This document shows, piece by piece, positions 1 to 12,488 of a DNA stretch of 64,000 nucleotides. The position numbers and the translations under genes are program-made. The stretch's first letter is position 1. The number at the start of each line of letters is the position of its first letter. Under the pieces are notes generated by a model. The model was not told the DNA's origin and did no database searches. It was given only the letters and a program-made list of their open reading frames with translations. The stretch comes from Bigelowiella natans CCMP2755 (lineage: Eukaryota; Protista; Cercozoa), in NCBI GenBank assembly GCA_000320545.1, contig ADNK01000415.1, positions 1 through 64,000 of the forward strand, in the 5' to 3' direction.

Positions 1-8
1 ATTATTTC

Positions 9-49
<41 letters not shown>

Positions 50-1580
50 ACCAACTACTTGCCTGAATGCGTTCCATCGTGGTCAGTGGCGGGAGCACGG
101 CTTCTTCGAAAATTTGGACAAAGACGGAAACGTTCCAGCGCCTAGCCAAAAAACCAACTCGAGGAAGAAACAACCCCTAATATTCGCAACTTGGACTATC
201 CTCCTCAACCGTCCAGCTTCAAACTCAATCACACTCCAAAACCTACTCCCCAGCCCTACTACCCGTCATCTCCTACTCCCACCCCGACTCCCTTCCCAGG
301 AAAAGGAAAAGGCCCCGGAGCAATGGTTAAGGCGGCAATATCCAAATGCCGGGATGTGATAACTCAAAGGAAGAGATCCATTCTATGCGCCCTTGCGATA
401 GTAGAAGCAGCACACTTCTCGGTAAATCTCCCAATATATTAACGATCTGGAAAATCTGTATCACTACCTCGTCCTTGTGCTGTGATTTTTTTTTAATTTG
501 CTGAAATTTCTTGACTTACCTTACCCCTTCCTATGTTTTCAGCGTCATCATCTTAGACAATTTGTGTCAACGAAGCTTTTACGGAAAAATGGCCCAAAAC
601 CAGCCGTAATCAAGGAAAACCCGCGCCAGGAGAACAATCGCATTGACACAGCAACATCGCCATTTGACGTTCAAGGAAAGGGAAATGAGAAGCTGTTAGG
701 TATGGATGAGGACCTATCATCTTCACCAGACTCTCCAGAACCTACGGGAACAGTATATGAACCAGGGGTAGAAGGTGATAGAAGACGACTTGAATCATCG
801 AGAATGATGACGACGATGATGAAGATGATAGTGATGATGTTGATGAGGTGTTACGTTTTCAATGGCACTTTTTCTTGTGCGATAATGTAGCTGAAGAGTG
901 TGCTTACATTCCCACATTTGATGCTATAATCTTTTTATGATATAACCATGCTTGAATGATCCTTCGTTTCCCATTTCATCTGCTTTGTACATAAACCCCA
1001 AAGCCAATGTATGAAAACATTTCCCTTTTGCATGTAGATCACCATATTTCACTTCTGCTACAATTTTTGTGAAATCATAATTAGAGTTGTCAAGCTATGT
1101 CGCACAAATGGATAATAATGATGATGGTAGCTAACACGTTGCGAGACTACTACCATCACATCTCGGAAGCCATCGCTTGACTATTACACCCATACTACCT
1201 CAGAAGGCGGTGGTGAAGGAAGAAGGCATTGTACGCCGCCTCCGTCGGATCCTCATCGTCCACATGCCACGGCGGCGAGTGACATGCAGAGCAACAGGCT
1301 ATCTCGCAATCCCCCACACGAATGTAGTGATGGCGGCATCATCGACATTGAGAAATCTACACGCCAAATGTACTCGCGCGGAAACTCACCTGAGGTTGAA
1401 GATGTTGTTGATCTCGCCAATTTCTGCCGTTCAAAAAATGATAGTCGGCCACATCGCACACCCTCCAGTAGTAGGAACAGAAGAAAGAGGAAAGCCAAAA
1501 ATAACAAAACTGTAAAAGAACGATCTCCTCAACCAGGGGGATGGACGCGAGATGAAAAGTTATCACGATACGTAGACTAA
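1..1580 (+). CDS. Hypothetical multi-exon gene, 3' portion (Pro-rich and acidic low-complexity segments)
   Basis: Same-strand ORF pieces 191-442, 498-890 and 1284-1580 separated by GT..AG-bounded AT-rich spacers (e.g. donor near 422, acceptor near 542). No recognisable domain; the 5' end may lie outside the window. Confidence 0.3.
13..44. repeat. (CA)n microsatellite
   Basis: Perfect acacac run; one of dozens of (CA)n, (GA)n, (TA)n and trinucleotide tracts in the window. Confidence 0.95.
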
Positions 1581-1689
1581 TCGATTATTATTGTTACATA
1601 TAGTCAAGAAATAAATCAGCAGTGCCTTCGCGTAGGAGCCCATGGTTCAGTACTGCCTCTATATCGCTTTTGATTTACTTGATTGTTCA

Positions 1690-2560
1690 GCTAGGTCTGC
1701 ATATGAAACGGATTGCCTACATTTTTAATTTTAGCTGTAAAGCGTAGCAGATCGAGCTATATAGCGAGCATGTACGGTCTAGATGGTACTACTTATTCGT
1801 GCCACAAGTAGTGCTGCGTAGGCAGGCAAGCTATTAGGCCAATAACGTCGCAGCAGCGATAGATGTAGCTATCTAGCTATGTCTAGATTCATCGTAGCGC
1901 ACCGTCCCGCGGGGCGGCTTCGCGAAAGCTAATCTGGACATGACTAGATCTGAGATGACTGATGACAACTCTAGACAACTGTGTGTGCGTCTGCGCTAGC
2001 AGCTAGTCCGACGTGCTGCCTACGATACGCTACTCTAGCTAGCTAGTACTAGGCTAGTGTCAATTGGCTAGTGTGTGTGTCTGACATCTAGTTATGATGC
2101 GCGTAGCTGCGCACGCTAGTGCCAGAGCGCCGCAGACACACTCTAGCACTGCTCGCTAGCTGCGAGCTAGTGCTGCATCTCTGGATCTCGATCTAGATCT
2201 GGCACCTAGGTCTAGAGGTGTCTGCATCTGTGTTGCAAGTGCACTAAATAAACACGTAGCTAGCATAGCTCTAGCTAGATCTAGTGGTCTAAAGATGGTA
2301 ATAAGATGGTCGCGTACACTTCTAGACTTGTAGCACTACTAGCTAGCTAGCTAGACTGTAGTACACTACACCGGCTAAGATTTGGATCTAGCTAGCTAGA
2401 GATGCTGGCGTGGTCGACGATAGAATGATTATCAGATTGTGATGCCCCGCGAGCGCGCTGCGCAGAGGACAGCACATGCACATCGCATTTAATATTGTCT
2501 CCAGCTATGAGGATGGCATGTCTAGCATATGTCTGAATGTCTTCTAGATGTGCTATCTCG
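1690..2560. other. CTAG/GCTAGC/TCTAGA-rich non-coding zone between convergent gene ends
   Basis: Dense gctagctag, tctaga and tgca words, no ORFs in the track; lies between the + gene ending near 1580 and the rps21 stop at 2944. Confidence 0.75.
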
Positions 2561-2943
2561 TGATATATATGTATGTCTGTGAAATGTGTTGCTACTACTG
2601 TTCACTTTATGATTTGGTTTACGATGTATGGAAAACTAGAACATTTGTTCTCCATTTAAAAATAAGGCATATCTAGCACATATGCAAATCATATTTTAGT
2701 GAATTGAACAGTATCTGGTGTTCATATTTGCATTTGTGAGTGCACGTAACAACGTGTAGGTCATGAAAAAAATATCTGAATTGTTGCTCATATAATAATT
2801 GTGAATAGTGTAGGCAGTCACGTCTAGTGTTTTTTAAATATTCATTGCACATCATGTTTTTGAGGCAAGTTTTATGAGTTCACATTGTTACAACAATTAA
2901 ATTCACGTCATCAATATTCCACTCAATTGCTGAAATCTCTCCT

Positions 2944-3582
2944 TTACTTCTGGAAAACATCGTTGTTGTCGAAAAGATCTGCAAATGGGTCATTTTCAAC
3001 GCCGAAGACGTCGGCATAGCTATTTGCCCTTCTTGGAGGTTTCATTCCGCGGCTGTAAAGAACACACAATCTCATTTACGCACCCTTTCACAGTAACTCT
3101 AAGGAATTACCTAGCAGCACGTTGTTCTTGTTGTTCGTATCTTCGGCTGATTATGATATGATTAAGTAAGAGGGAAATCCCAAACTAGAATATACTTCAA
3201 TGAAATGAATCGGTGAGACTTACATCAACTTTCTTCGCGTATGGCCCTCTTTAACTTTCCGCTTCAACGTTTCTACCTTAGGCTCATGGAAACGACGGCG
3301 CTTAGCTTCGATAATGAAACCACCTTGCTGAATCTGTCTGGTGAATTTCTTGATAGCCACTGGCTCGGGGTCATTTCCCACAACCACTTGAACGTTGTAT
3401 GGTTTTCCCTTGCCGGCAGCGTGACAAGCCACACCGCGGCCCATACTAGTCATAGGCTGAAGTCCAGTTCTACCAGATATGCTAAGCGACACCTGGTTCC
3501 CATTGCTCCCAGAAGAGAGGAAAAGAACGGAGGCGAGCAAGGCCATGGTGGCCAGGAGGCCGTACACCATACCCCTCATCAT
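2944..3582 (-). CDS. rps21: Plastid ribosomal protein bS21 with bipartite (signal + transit) targeting leader; 3 exons (3582-3224, 3146-3111, 3052-2944)
   Basis: Mature region YNVQVVVGNDPEPVAIKKFTRQIQQGGFIIEAKRRRFHEPKVETLKRK resembles plant plastid S21. Hydrophobic N-terminus followed by a Ser/Gly/Arg-rich segment. GT-AG introns 3223-3147 and 3110-3053 keep the frame to a TAA at 2946-2944 (...DPFADLFDNNDVFQK*). Confidence 0.85.
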
Positions 3583-4255
3583 GATATGTGTCAGACATAA
3601 GCCGCACTCACGTCGACTGCTTTCTCGGTCATTTCATGGGGAAAAAGTACATCTGCCGAAATTTCTTCCATAAATGGCACACTTTGGATCATTGTCTCTG
3701 CCACCCCGACGAAAGCTGCTCCACGAACGCAAGGCCAAATAGAACCGGCGGAATTAAAAAAAGCGGCCTGACCACTCGGCATGTTTAAATGTGTCGCAGA
3801 ACAAAAAATGGGCGTTGACGATCGTTTCTGGGCGCATTCCTGGATCCCGATTGCGGATAAAATATTTCAGGAATCTTTCCCACTAAACGTAGGAGATTTA
3901 GTGCAAAAATAGCGGAGAAAAGAGAAAAGTAATCTAAATGCAGTGCCAGAGTCGCCTACGTGCTGATTTGGCAATAAGTGTAATGACGTACAATTTCTAT
4001 CGTAATCCCTAAATATGATGTCGCTCGAACATAATTTGTGGGCAATTTTATATTCTTTTTCGCTCCCGCTCTTTGGCAGACGGCAAGTAACACGGACCAC
4101 ACGTCGTCTCGTCCACTCTTCAAGATCCCGCTGCCACACACGGTGAGAGCCATGAAATTTTGTTCCCAGCTTCCATTCTAGTCCTACTTCGGTCGAGAAC
4201 GGGTTAGGTATATGTACTAATGGTGTTCTGTATCTTCAGGAATAGAAGAAGCACA
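3583..4255. promoter_or_regulatory. Putative bidirectional promoter between rps21 and ftsH
   Basis: About 670 bp between divergent start codons; probable 5'UTR intron near 4208-4239. Positional inference only. Confidence 0.45.
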
Positions 4256-6603
4256 ATGAAAGCTTTCTTCCAGCGTTTAGCAGGATTTTTCCTCTTATAC
4301 TTAACCCTTTCTGGGCACGGAATTGCGTCAGCCGCAAACATCAACAATGGTCTCAACCAGAATGACCCACTCCTTCCTATGACTGTGCCTAGAGCTTCAC
4401 CTTCTATTAACTCTTATCTTCTCACTGGAACCTTTGCTGGAACCGCATTGCTGCTCTCTGCTGGTCTATTCTTTGGATCAAGTTCGAGCTCTGGTCAATT
4501 ATCGAGTCCAGCAATGGCTCGTCGTCAAGTTGCGCCTGGTTCCCTTGCAAGAGTTGCTCTCCCTAGAACGACCCACCGTATTGCAAGGGTGTCTGCACTT
4601 CCAGACTTGAACCTCGCTCCTCAGGCTCCTACTGAGCAGGCTCAACCTGCTGCAAAGGAGTCTGGAGATCTCATGCTCTCCAAGAAGAAGGAGCTGAGAT
4701 ACTTCGAGCTAGTCGATGCTGTTGTGAATGATCAAATTGAGAAGGTCTCCCTCACTGAAGATGGTGCCACTGGTCGCGCTATTGACAAGGAGGGCCGATT
4801 CTACCGTCTTTCCAATGTTCCTGTAACTCTTGATCTCTTCAAGATCTTGCGCGAACACAATGTTGAAGTCGCTATCCTGCCTGCTCAAAACCAGCAATCG
4901 AATCCTCTTCTCAACTTCGCAGGATCCATCGTAGTTCCTATTATCATCTTCACTATTATCGGATTCTTCCTCTCCCGTGGTAATCAAGGCGGTGGCCAGG
5001 GAGGCGGAGGAGGAGGGGGACCGTTCGGAGGCGGTAAGTTGTAACATAATGAATATTAAAACGATCTTTTGAAGCATGTGAGCGTCGATTTGATGTGCTG
5101 CTATGCTGCAATATGAATACAGGTGTCAACCCAACCCAGTTCGGACGTACTAAGTCAAAGATCGAGATGCAGCCTAACACCGGGGTTGACTTCAGTCAAG
5201 TTGCCGGAAACGACGAGGCTAAGCAGGAATTGCAAGAAATTGTTGAGTTCTTGAAGAATCCCGAGAAATTCACCAAGCTTGGAGCTAAGGTCCCCAAGGG
5301 AGTGATTATGGAGGGACCTCCTGGTACTGGTAAGACCCTTCTTGCTCGTGCGACTGCTGGAGAAGCTGGAGTGCCATTCGTTTCTTCGGCTGGTTCCGAG
5401 TTTGTTGAGCTGTTTGTCGGTGTCGGTGCTTCTCGTGTTCGTGACTTGTTCGACATGGCTAAGAAGAATGCTCCTTGCATCATCTTCATTGATGAGATCG
5501 ATGCCATCGGACGTCAGCGTGGTACCGGTATTGCCGGTGGTAACGACGAGCGAGAGCAGACTCTGAACCAGATCCTCACCCAGATGGACGGATTCGAGGG
5601 TAACACTGGAGTCATTGTCCTTGCGGCCACTAACCGTGCTGATGTGCTCGACCCTGCACTTCTTCGTCCTGGTCGTTTCGATCGTCGTGTGCAAGTTGGC
5701 CTTCCCGACTTCCAAGGACGTATTGCTATTTTGAAGGTGCATGCACGCGGCAAGCCTCTGGCTGAGGGAGTCGATCTTTCGTCGATTGCACGTCGTACCC
5801 CTGGTTTCTCCGGAGCTTCTCTTGAGGCCCTGATGAACGAAGCTGCCATCTATGCTGCTCGCGCTAACAAGACCGTGATCGAGTATGTGGATATTGACTC
5901 CGCTATTGACCGCGTCCTTGTTGGAATTGAGAAGAATGGTGATGCTTCGTCTCTTATGCGCCGTAGCGACCTCGTAGCTTACCACGAGGCCGGACACGCT
6001 ATCGTCGGTGCTCTCATCAATGGATACGATGCTGTGCAGAAGGTGACCATCATTCCTCGTACTGGTGGAGCTGGAGGATTGACTTTCTTCGAGCCTAACG
6101 AAGTGCGACTTGAGTCTGGTATGTACTCTCGCTCCTACCTGGAGGGACAGCTTGCTGTCGCTCTTGGAGGCCGTGTTGCTGAGGAGCTTGTCTTCGGACA
6201 AGACGAAGTCACCACTGGCGCTTCCAACGATATCCAGCAAGTGACAAACATCGCTAAGCGCATGGTTTCCGAGTGGGGATTCTCCGACCTCGTCGGCCAC
6301 GTTGCAGTCTCTGACTCTGGTGGAGGAAACCCATTCCTTGGCCGCCAGATGGCTATGGGCGGATCCGGATGGTCGCAGGATAAGATCAAGACTGTGGACT
6401 CCGAGGTCGACAGAATCATCGCGAACGCCTACGATGTGTGCAAGAACCTCCTCACCACCAACCGTGCTTTATTGGACGACCTTGCAGGAAAGCTTATCGA
6501 GCAGGAAACCGTCTCAGGCGCTGAGCTGTACGATTTGGTTGCAGACTCTGGCGCTGAGACCATCCTCTACGATCCTGTTTCTCACAAGGGAGCTACCGCA
6601 TGA
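4256..6603 (+). CDS. ftsH: Plastid thylakoid FtsH protease (type A, FtsH1/5-like) with bipartite leader; 2 exons (4256-5033, 5123-6603)
   Basis: Walker A GPPGTGKT, Walker [24 protein letters not shown], zinc motif HEAGH, and [27 protein letters not shown] typical of the plastid/cyanobacterial type. Intron 5034-5122 (gtaagt..tacag) joins G|GT in frame. N-terminus is signal-peptide-like ([26 protein letters not shown]). Confidence 0.95.
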
Positions 6604-6779
6604 AGGGAGAGGATTAGCCATTAGTTTGTTATAGTGCTACAGTGCTACTGCTGCTGTGATGGAAGAACCAGAATCTATACCACCAAGTTGGTGCTAAGCT
6701 CTTCTCATACTTGAAAAAGAGAGGACTGTACAGACCTTAAAATATCGCCTCGATTCAACTCGAGTGAGGCTCTTATTGA

Positions 6780-7400
6780 GAGATCTGGTTATGATCCCGA
6801 GAAACTAGTGTATCACCTTTGTTGACGAATGATGACACACAAATTATTTGTTGACACAGCCTGTCGATTGTATGTAACCCTAATGTATTCTGCAATTCTG
6901 CTGCAATGATAGCGCGCAAGGAAGCTAGCGCACATGCTCGTCTAGTCGTGCTCAAGAATTTGACAGGTGGCGCATGTGGTGTGCACATGTAGATGCAGCA
7001 CTGCTAGACTGCATGTAGTGGGGCAGAAAATTGTGTTCCCACCACATGCACGTTTGCGCCATGCAGTCTGTGATCGCGAAAGATTGGGATCCTTCATTGC
7101 CAATGATAGCACCAATTGTGATGTGGTGGACAAAATGTTGGCGTGCTAGCTAGCTAGCGTGTGACAGAGATGAATGAACAACTGATTTTCATGCCCTACT
7201 TGGATAGCGACGTCAAATGTGCATGCTACATCTAAACATGTACACTACATGACCATGAGCATCTCACGCTTCATGAGACAGAACTGATATGATCAGATCA
7301 TACATTCATTCTTAGCGTGTCATTATTCTAGTAGTGCATACATGCATACATGTGTGTTGTGTAACGTATGGAAAAACATCACACATATATATCCGCGCCG
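6780..7400. other. CTAG/TGCA/CATG-rich zone between convergent ftsH and Pet127-like 3' ends
   Basis: gctagctagctagc, gcacatg and tgcatg words; most remaining TpA are in CTA/TAG context. Confidence 0.65.
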
Positions 7401-7494
7401 ACTTTCTGTAACACTAGAACCATTACCATCACTGATGTACAATCAATGAATATACCTAAAAAGAAATCCATAAGGAAGAGGGAGTAAAGAGAAA

Positions 7495-7579
7495 TCAAAT
7501 GTAGTTCCTTACAAGCACTTGTACGCTGCATCACCGAGCCGTGATAGTGATGATACGATGATGATACTGATGATACTGA

Positions 7580-7610
<31 letters not shown>

Positions 7611-10320
7611 ACCTATTTGCTAAATTCCGCATGAAACCAAGCTGTTCATTCTCCTTCGCCGCTGCAACTTCCCTCTTCTTCTTGGTACCCCCTTTTCCGG
7701 TTTCCTTATGTCCGAACTTTTTCCTACGTGCCTCCGCGTACTCGACTTTTGGTGGATGTTGCGAATCGGCACCCTCATCCAGGGTGAATCTGTTAACCTT
7801 AAGTTTATGCTCATCCTGCTCTGCTTTCTTAGCCATATGGCTATGGTATGCGCCGGCAGCAGCGAGCTTGTGGGGATCGACTTGAATATAGGAGCAGATA
7901 TTGTCCTTTTTGCAGGTGAGCTTTAGCGGGTCATGCACTAAACGCCCATTGTGGTAGCTGCAATTTATCATGACATTGTAAGCGCAGCACGACAAACAAC
8001 ATCAACCCAGAAAACATCCAGGATTGTTCGTTTGAGCAAGAGCATACGACTACTGTTCATCACCATACCCAAAAAGCGCCACGACCGACCATCACACGCA
8101 CGAAGTAGATGTAACCGACCTTGCCATGCGAAAGGCGTAGCGCTTGAGATACCCCTCCTCCTCAAGGTCCTCGTAGTAGGCCTTTGGAGGTACAAGGCCA
8201 TCAAGAGTCTGCATGATTTTGCCCTCGAGACGTGCTTTTCGATCCTTCTCGACGCCATCCACGTCCAAGCCATTCTTGGTTAATTCATCGGTCAGTACCT
8301 CCTCGGACATCCCGTCTACTTCTGTCCAGTGAGGCGTAGCAGCCTGGAGGGGAGAAGAGAAAGAGGAAGGAAGAGGAAGGAGCGGGGGGGGGGGGACAGA
8401 GAAAGGGATAATGGTGATGATGATGATGATGATATAGATGATCATGAAAGTGTCCTCATACAAAACAGGAAGGGCGGTGAATTATACATTTTCTAGGAAC
8501 GGTTGTTGACGGATGAACGTGTCTAGATTTCCGTGTGTTCGTTGTTCTTCTTCGCGGCACAAAAATTCACCAAAAATCGAATAATTCACAACAGGCCGCT
8601 CTTTCATCCACCCACCCACCCACTACCACATACATGCGGACCCATCACTTAAAGAACAATATAACACAACACGTCACCATCAGCTGCAGTTTTTCGTAAG
8701 TTTCCTCGTCGTCCTTGAGTTTGTGCCATTCTGCTATGTCGCGGAGCCTTTGGCTGCGATCGGCAGGGACGCTCTCCACGTAGATGTCGATGTCATGCAG
8801 ATGGTCGCCCGCATTAAAGGTCACGATCAGGCTCTCGTAGTCATGGAATTCCGTGACGACATCGGTGAGGATCTTATCCAAAGACTGCACGCCGACGGAG
8901 AACATCATATCCGCCACCTCGGAGCCTCCGTAAAGGAAGTAATCAATGACGCTGAGCGGAACGTACTGGTAGCCTAGTACCGAGCGCGTGTTGTGAAAAG
9001 CGATGATCACGCCGTCCATCGCCCCGATGCGGACCTGGAAGTTGTACTTGAGGAAGGTGGAGCGCACCATGTCGTACCACTCTCTCTCGAAGCTCTTGAA
9101 CGCCCCTCCAGGCGTCTTTATGCGGAACTGGTCGAAGTACTTGTAGTTCTTCACGTCCATTCGAATCGGGTTCACCGCGCGGGTTTTAATGTCGTATACC
9201 TTGACGCGCCGCCGACGCCGTCGCCCATTTTTCGATAGAGGGTCATTCTTCTTACTCTTCTTTATTTTCTTCTTCGCATTGGTGCTGGTGTTTTCTATCT
9301 GCTCCTCACGATGGTCGTCGTCAACGGAAGCAGCATTACTACTGCCACCATCTTCACCCTCGGTAGTAGTAGTAGTAGTAGAAGAAGAAGAAGAAGAAGA
9401 AGTGGGAGAGACATTAAAGGTTCTTGCTGTCATCACCTCCATCTGCGTCGTCGCTAGTAGTAACATCTAGACCATTTTCATCACCATCATCAGCAGCAGC
9501 AGCAGCAGCGGCATCACTCTTTTCCTCTTCCTCCTCCTCCTCCACCACCTCCTCGTCAATATAGCCATCAAACTTGGCAGTATCGAGCTGTGACCGCAAC
9601 AGGAGGTTCCCAAACTGTGTGTAGCGGAATACGTCCTCAGGCTCAGGGGTGTACGGGGCACCAGGCGTGCTCTTGAGCATTCCTCGCCACTGCTCCTCGT
9701 TAGAAACCAGCATCTGCTCGAACGACTTCCCCAGTTCCATCAGGACATTCTCCTCCCCTTCCTCACTTAACTTGTTCGGCAAGCCGTCCAGGCCCCACAG
9801 GCCATCTCCGCGGTTGCGAAGGACGATCTGCGTCGGCGACCGTAGCGTGCGAGTGAAGCGGCCCGGCAAGGATTGGAAGATGGAGGAGAAGTGATGCAGC
9901 CCCGAAGGCTCTTTACCACAAAAGGCGAAGTGGCAGTGCACAAGGAGCGACCCAATGGAGCTGGTTGACGCCATCACCTTCGAGCTCCGCTTCCGAGCGA
10001 TAGACTCGAGGGTCTTGTCGCGAGAGGACGGGGTGAAATCGGTGATATATTCAGGGTACATATCCTTGGGCAGCACGATGTCCTCGTACTGCTTTGGCAC
10101 GTCGACGCGTTTTAACGGGAAATGAAGATCCAGCGCGTTCGAATGGGGGACGCTACTGCGACTGTTGCGACGATGGCGATTGCTGCTGCTGCTGCTTCTT
10201 TTACTGCTACTACTACTGCTGCTGCTACTACTATTACTACTACTACTACTACTACTACTACTTTCAGTAGTAGAGGTAGTAGCATCCACAGCACTATTAT
10301 CTGTTTCAGCAGCATCCTTT

Positions 10321-10354
<34 letters not shown>

Positions 10355-11130
10355 TGGTGCCGTTGTCCGCAGCAGACGACACAGCATGGCTGTGACTACT
10401 GTTCTTACTATCATAATGCACGGGCAGATGCTCGGAGGGTTGCGTCAGATTCAAAGTCCCAGGATATTCCAAGGACTTTATGCAGTCTGGAAGGCGAGGA
10501 ATGGCCAATTCGTCCGTGTTCGAATCCAAGATAGTGGTCTTCGGAGTCATGTCTAACGGCTGCATCCTGTCCTCAGCGTCCTCCTCGAGCTCAGGCACAG
10601 ACAACTTGCGGCTCCTGTGCTGTTTCTCTGAAGTGTAGTAACCAGAAGTCCTCAAGTTCTCCTGCATACGGATGTATTCGCTGTCGGTGAGCTGGCTGTT
10701 GACCCGATCTAGTTTGTCCACGTAGCTCTCCAAACCGACCATCCCCAACAACCCACCGTTGCTCTCTGAGCTATCGTCGTTATCATCCCGCTGCTTTGCC
10801 TCTTTCAGGCGACGTCGACTCGCAGTACTGCTTTTCACCGATTGCGCCTTTCCATTTGTCGTCGTCGTCGTCGGTCCTACTACTAAGCTTTCGTGTTCAA
10901 GAAGGCTACGAAACTTGCCACCACCACCACCACCAGTAGAAGAAGAAGGTGAATCACCAGCAGTCGCTACACTACTAGATGGCTCCGCCTTGAAGTCCAG
11001 AAAAGCTGATAGTTCCTCCCTAGATTTCACATTGGAGAACAACCCTTCTTCCCCTCCCAAGGAATCTTTATGTTTTCTTCCTAGCTGCTTGGTCTTGGTG
11101 GATGGTGATGACGACGAAGACGATATTGAA

Positions 11131-11163
<33 letters not shown>

Positions 11164-11573
11164 TATGGTGGTTTTTGAGTCTCAAGAGATGCTGCTGCTT
11201 CTGCTGAAGATGACGCCATCGCATCATCGACATCATCGCTTTTGTTTCTTTGAGTGCTTCCTTCTCCTCCTTCTCCTCCTCCTCCTCCTCCTTCTGAGGT
11301 TGCTCCATCACCCTCCTCTTCTATGACATCTCCGATATCATCCCATTCATCTTCCCCACCCTCCTCCGTGTCCTGATCAGCAGCATCAGTAGCGTAAGCA
11401 TCGTCGTCGGTCAGCCTTAGCACACTTCTATAGAAGTATGATTCGCTTGACCAATTTTTCGCAGAGAACCCCAAGATAAAGTAAGAAGCGAACTACAACA
11501 CGAGGAGGAGGAGGAGGAGGAGGAGGAGGAGGAAGAGGAGAAGAAGGACTATTAGAGAATACAACCAACGGAA

Positions 11574-11615
<42 letters not shown>

Positions 11616-11900
11616 TGTTTCGAATCTGACACAAGGAAAATCGTAAAAGGTTGGATGTTGCTGATGTAGATAGAGAGTGCATCCATCATTGGGCATGATT
11701 CGGCACACCGCTTTGACTTACATCCATCAGTGGCAGCATCATCAGCATTCAGCAGTGCTTTCATCACTCTCCACGACTTAATAAAAGGTATCATATCGTA
11801 CTACATACCTACACACTTATTACCGGTCTCATTTCCTTCGCGAGTTTGAGGCGATTGCTGTATTCGGGGCACTCAGCAGCCATAATCTTCATCACCTCCT
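7495..11900 (-). CDS. PET127: Pet127-like mitochondrial RNA-processing 5'-3' exonuclease, multi-exon, with long low-complexity insertions and an apparent +1 frameshift near 9415
   Basis: Family motifs: ITDFTPSSRDKTL, ASTSSIGSLL, FTRTLRSPTQIVL, NVLMELGKSFEQML, FRYTQFGNLLLRSQLD, VYDIKTRAVNPIRMD, SFEREWYDMVRSTFLKYNFQVRIGAMDGVIIAFHNT. Downstream exons near 8343-8118, 7959-7612 and 7526-7495 join in phase. Confidence 0.8.
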
Positions 11901-12052
11901 ACAAGTACATTCAATAATACGTTAATACTACGAGTTTACCACTCTTATGGCGACTACACTCAATAAAGAACAACAATTAATCAGCACCCCTCGACATACA
12001 TCGGTGTTTTCTCCCTCCTCCTCTTCCTATTCTTCTCCTTCTCTGGCTCTCG

Positions 12053-12085
<33 letters not shown>

Positions 12086-12099
12086 CAAATTTGGGAGGA

Positions 12100-12449
12100 G
12101 GAGGAGGAGGAAAAACCGATGGCCAGTATTGGATGCGAACACCGTTTCTTCGCTAGAAAACATGCATTTCTTCGAGAGCTGCTTCCAAAAAGGTGTGAAC
12201 GTATGCTTGTGGAAACACCCGCATTAATTATGTTATATGTTCTTTTTAACCCTCTTCCACCTCCTCCTCCTCCACCACCTCTTCCTCCTCAATTTACATG
12301 TACATGGACGACGCTCACTCTCCGGAATAACTTTTGAAACGCGGGATAAAACTGGGAAAACAACAGTTTATTATGTCGTTTTCCTTGTAAAAACAATCGA
12401 ATTCATTCCTCAAATGGAAACGTAGCACAAATACATTTTTTGCACAAGG

Positions 12450-12488
<39 letters not shown>

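Noticed and set aside
1690-2560. CRISPR array or regular tandem repeat in the CTAG-rich zones
   Set aside because: No constant-length repeat-spacer periodicity, eukaryotic context and no cas genes.
3220-3582. rps21 ending at the ORF-track stop at 3220
   Set aside because: That TAA lies in the gtaagt donor of intron 1; the splice continues in frame to 2944.
5155-6300. 381-aa antisense ORF overlapping ftsH
   Set aside because: Shadow ORF expected from the biased codon usage of a conserved gene; no motifs of its own.
10112-11326. Many ORFs of poly-L/V/M/H in alternative frames
   Set aside because: Translations of trinucleotide repeats inside the Pet127-like exon; similar artefacts recur throughout 12-28 kb and 40-51 kb.
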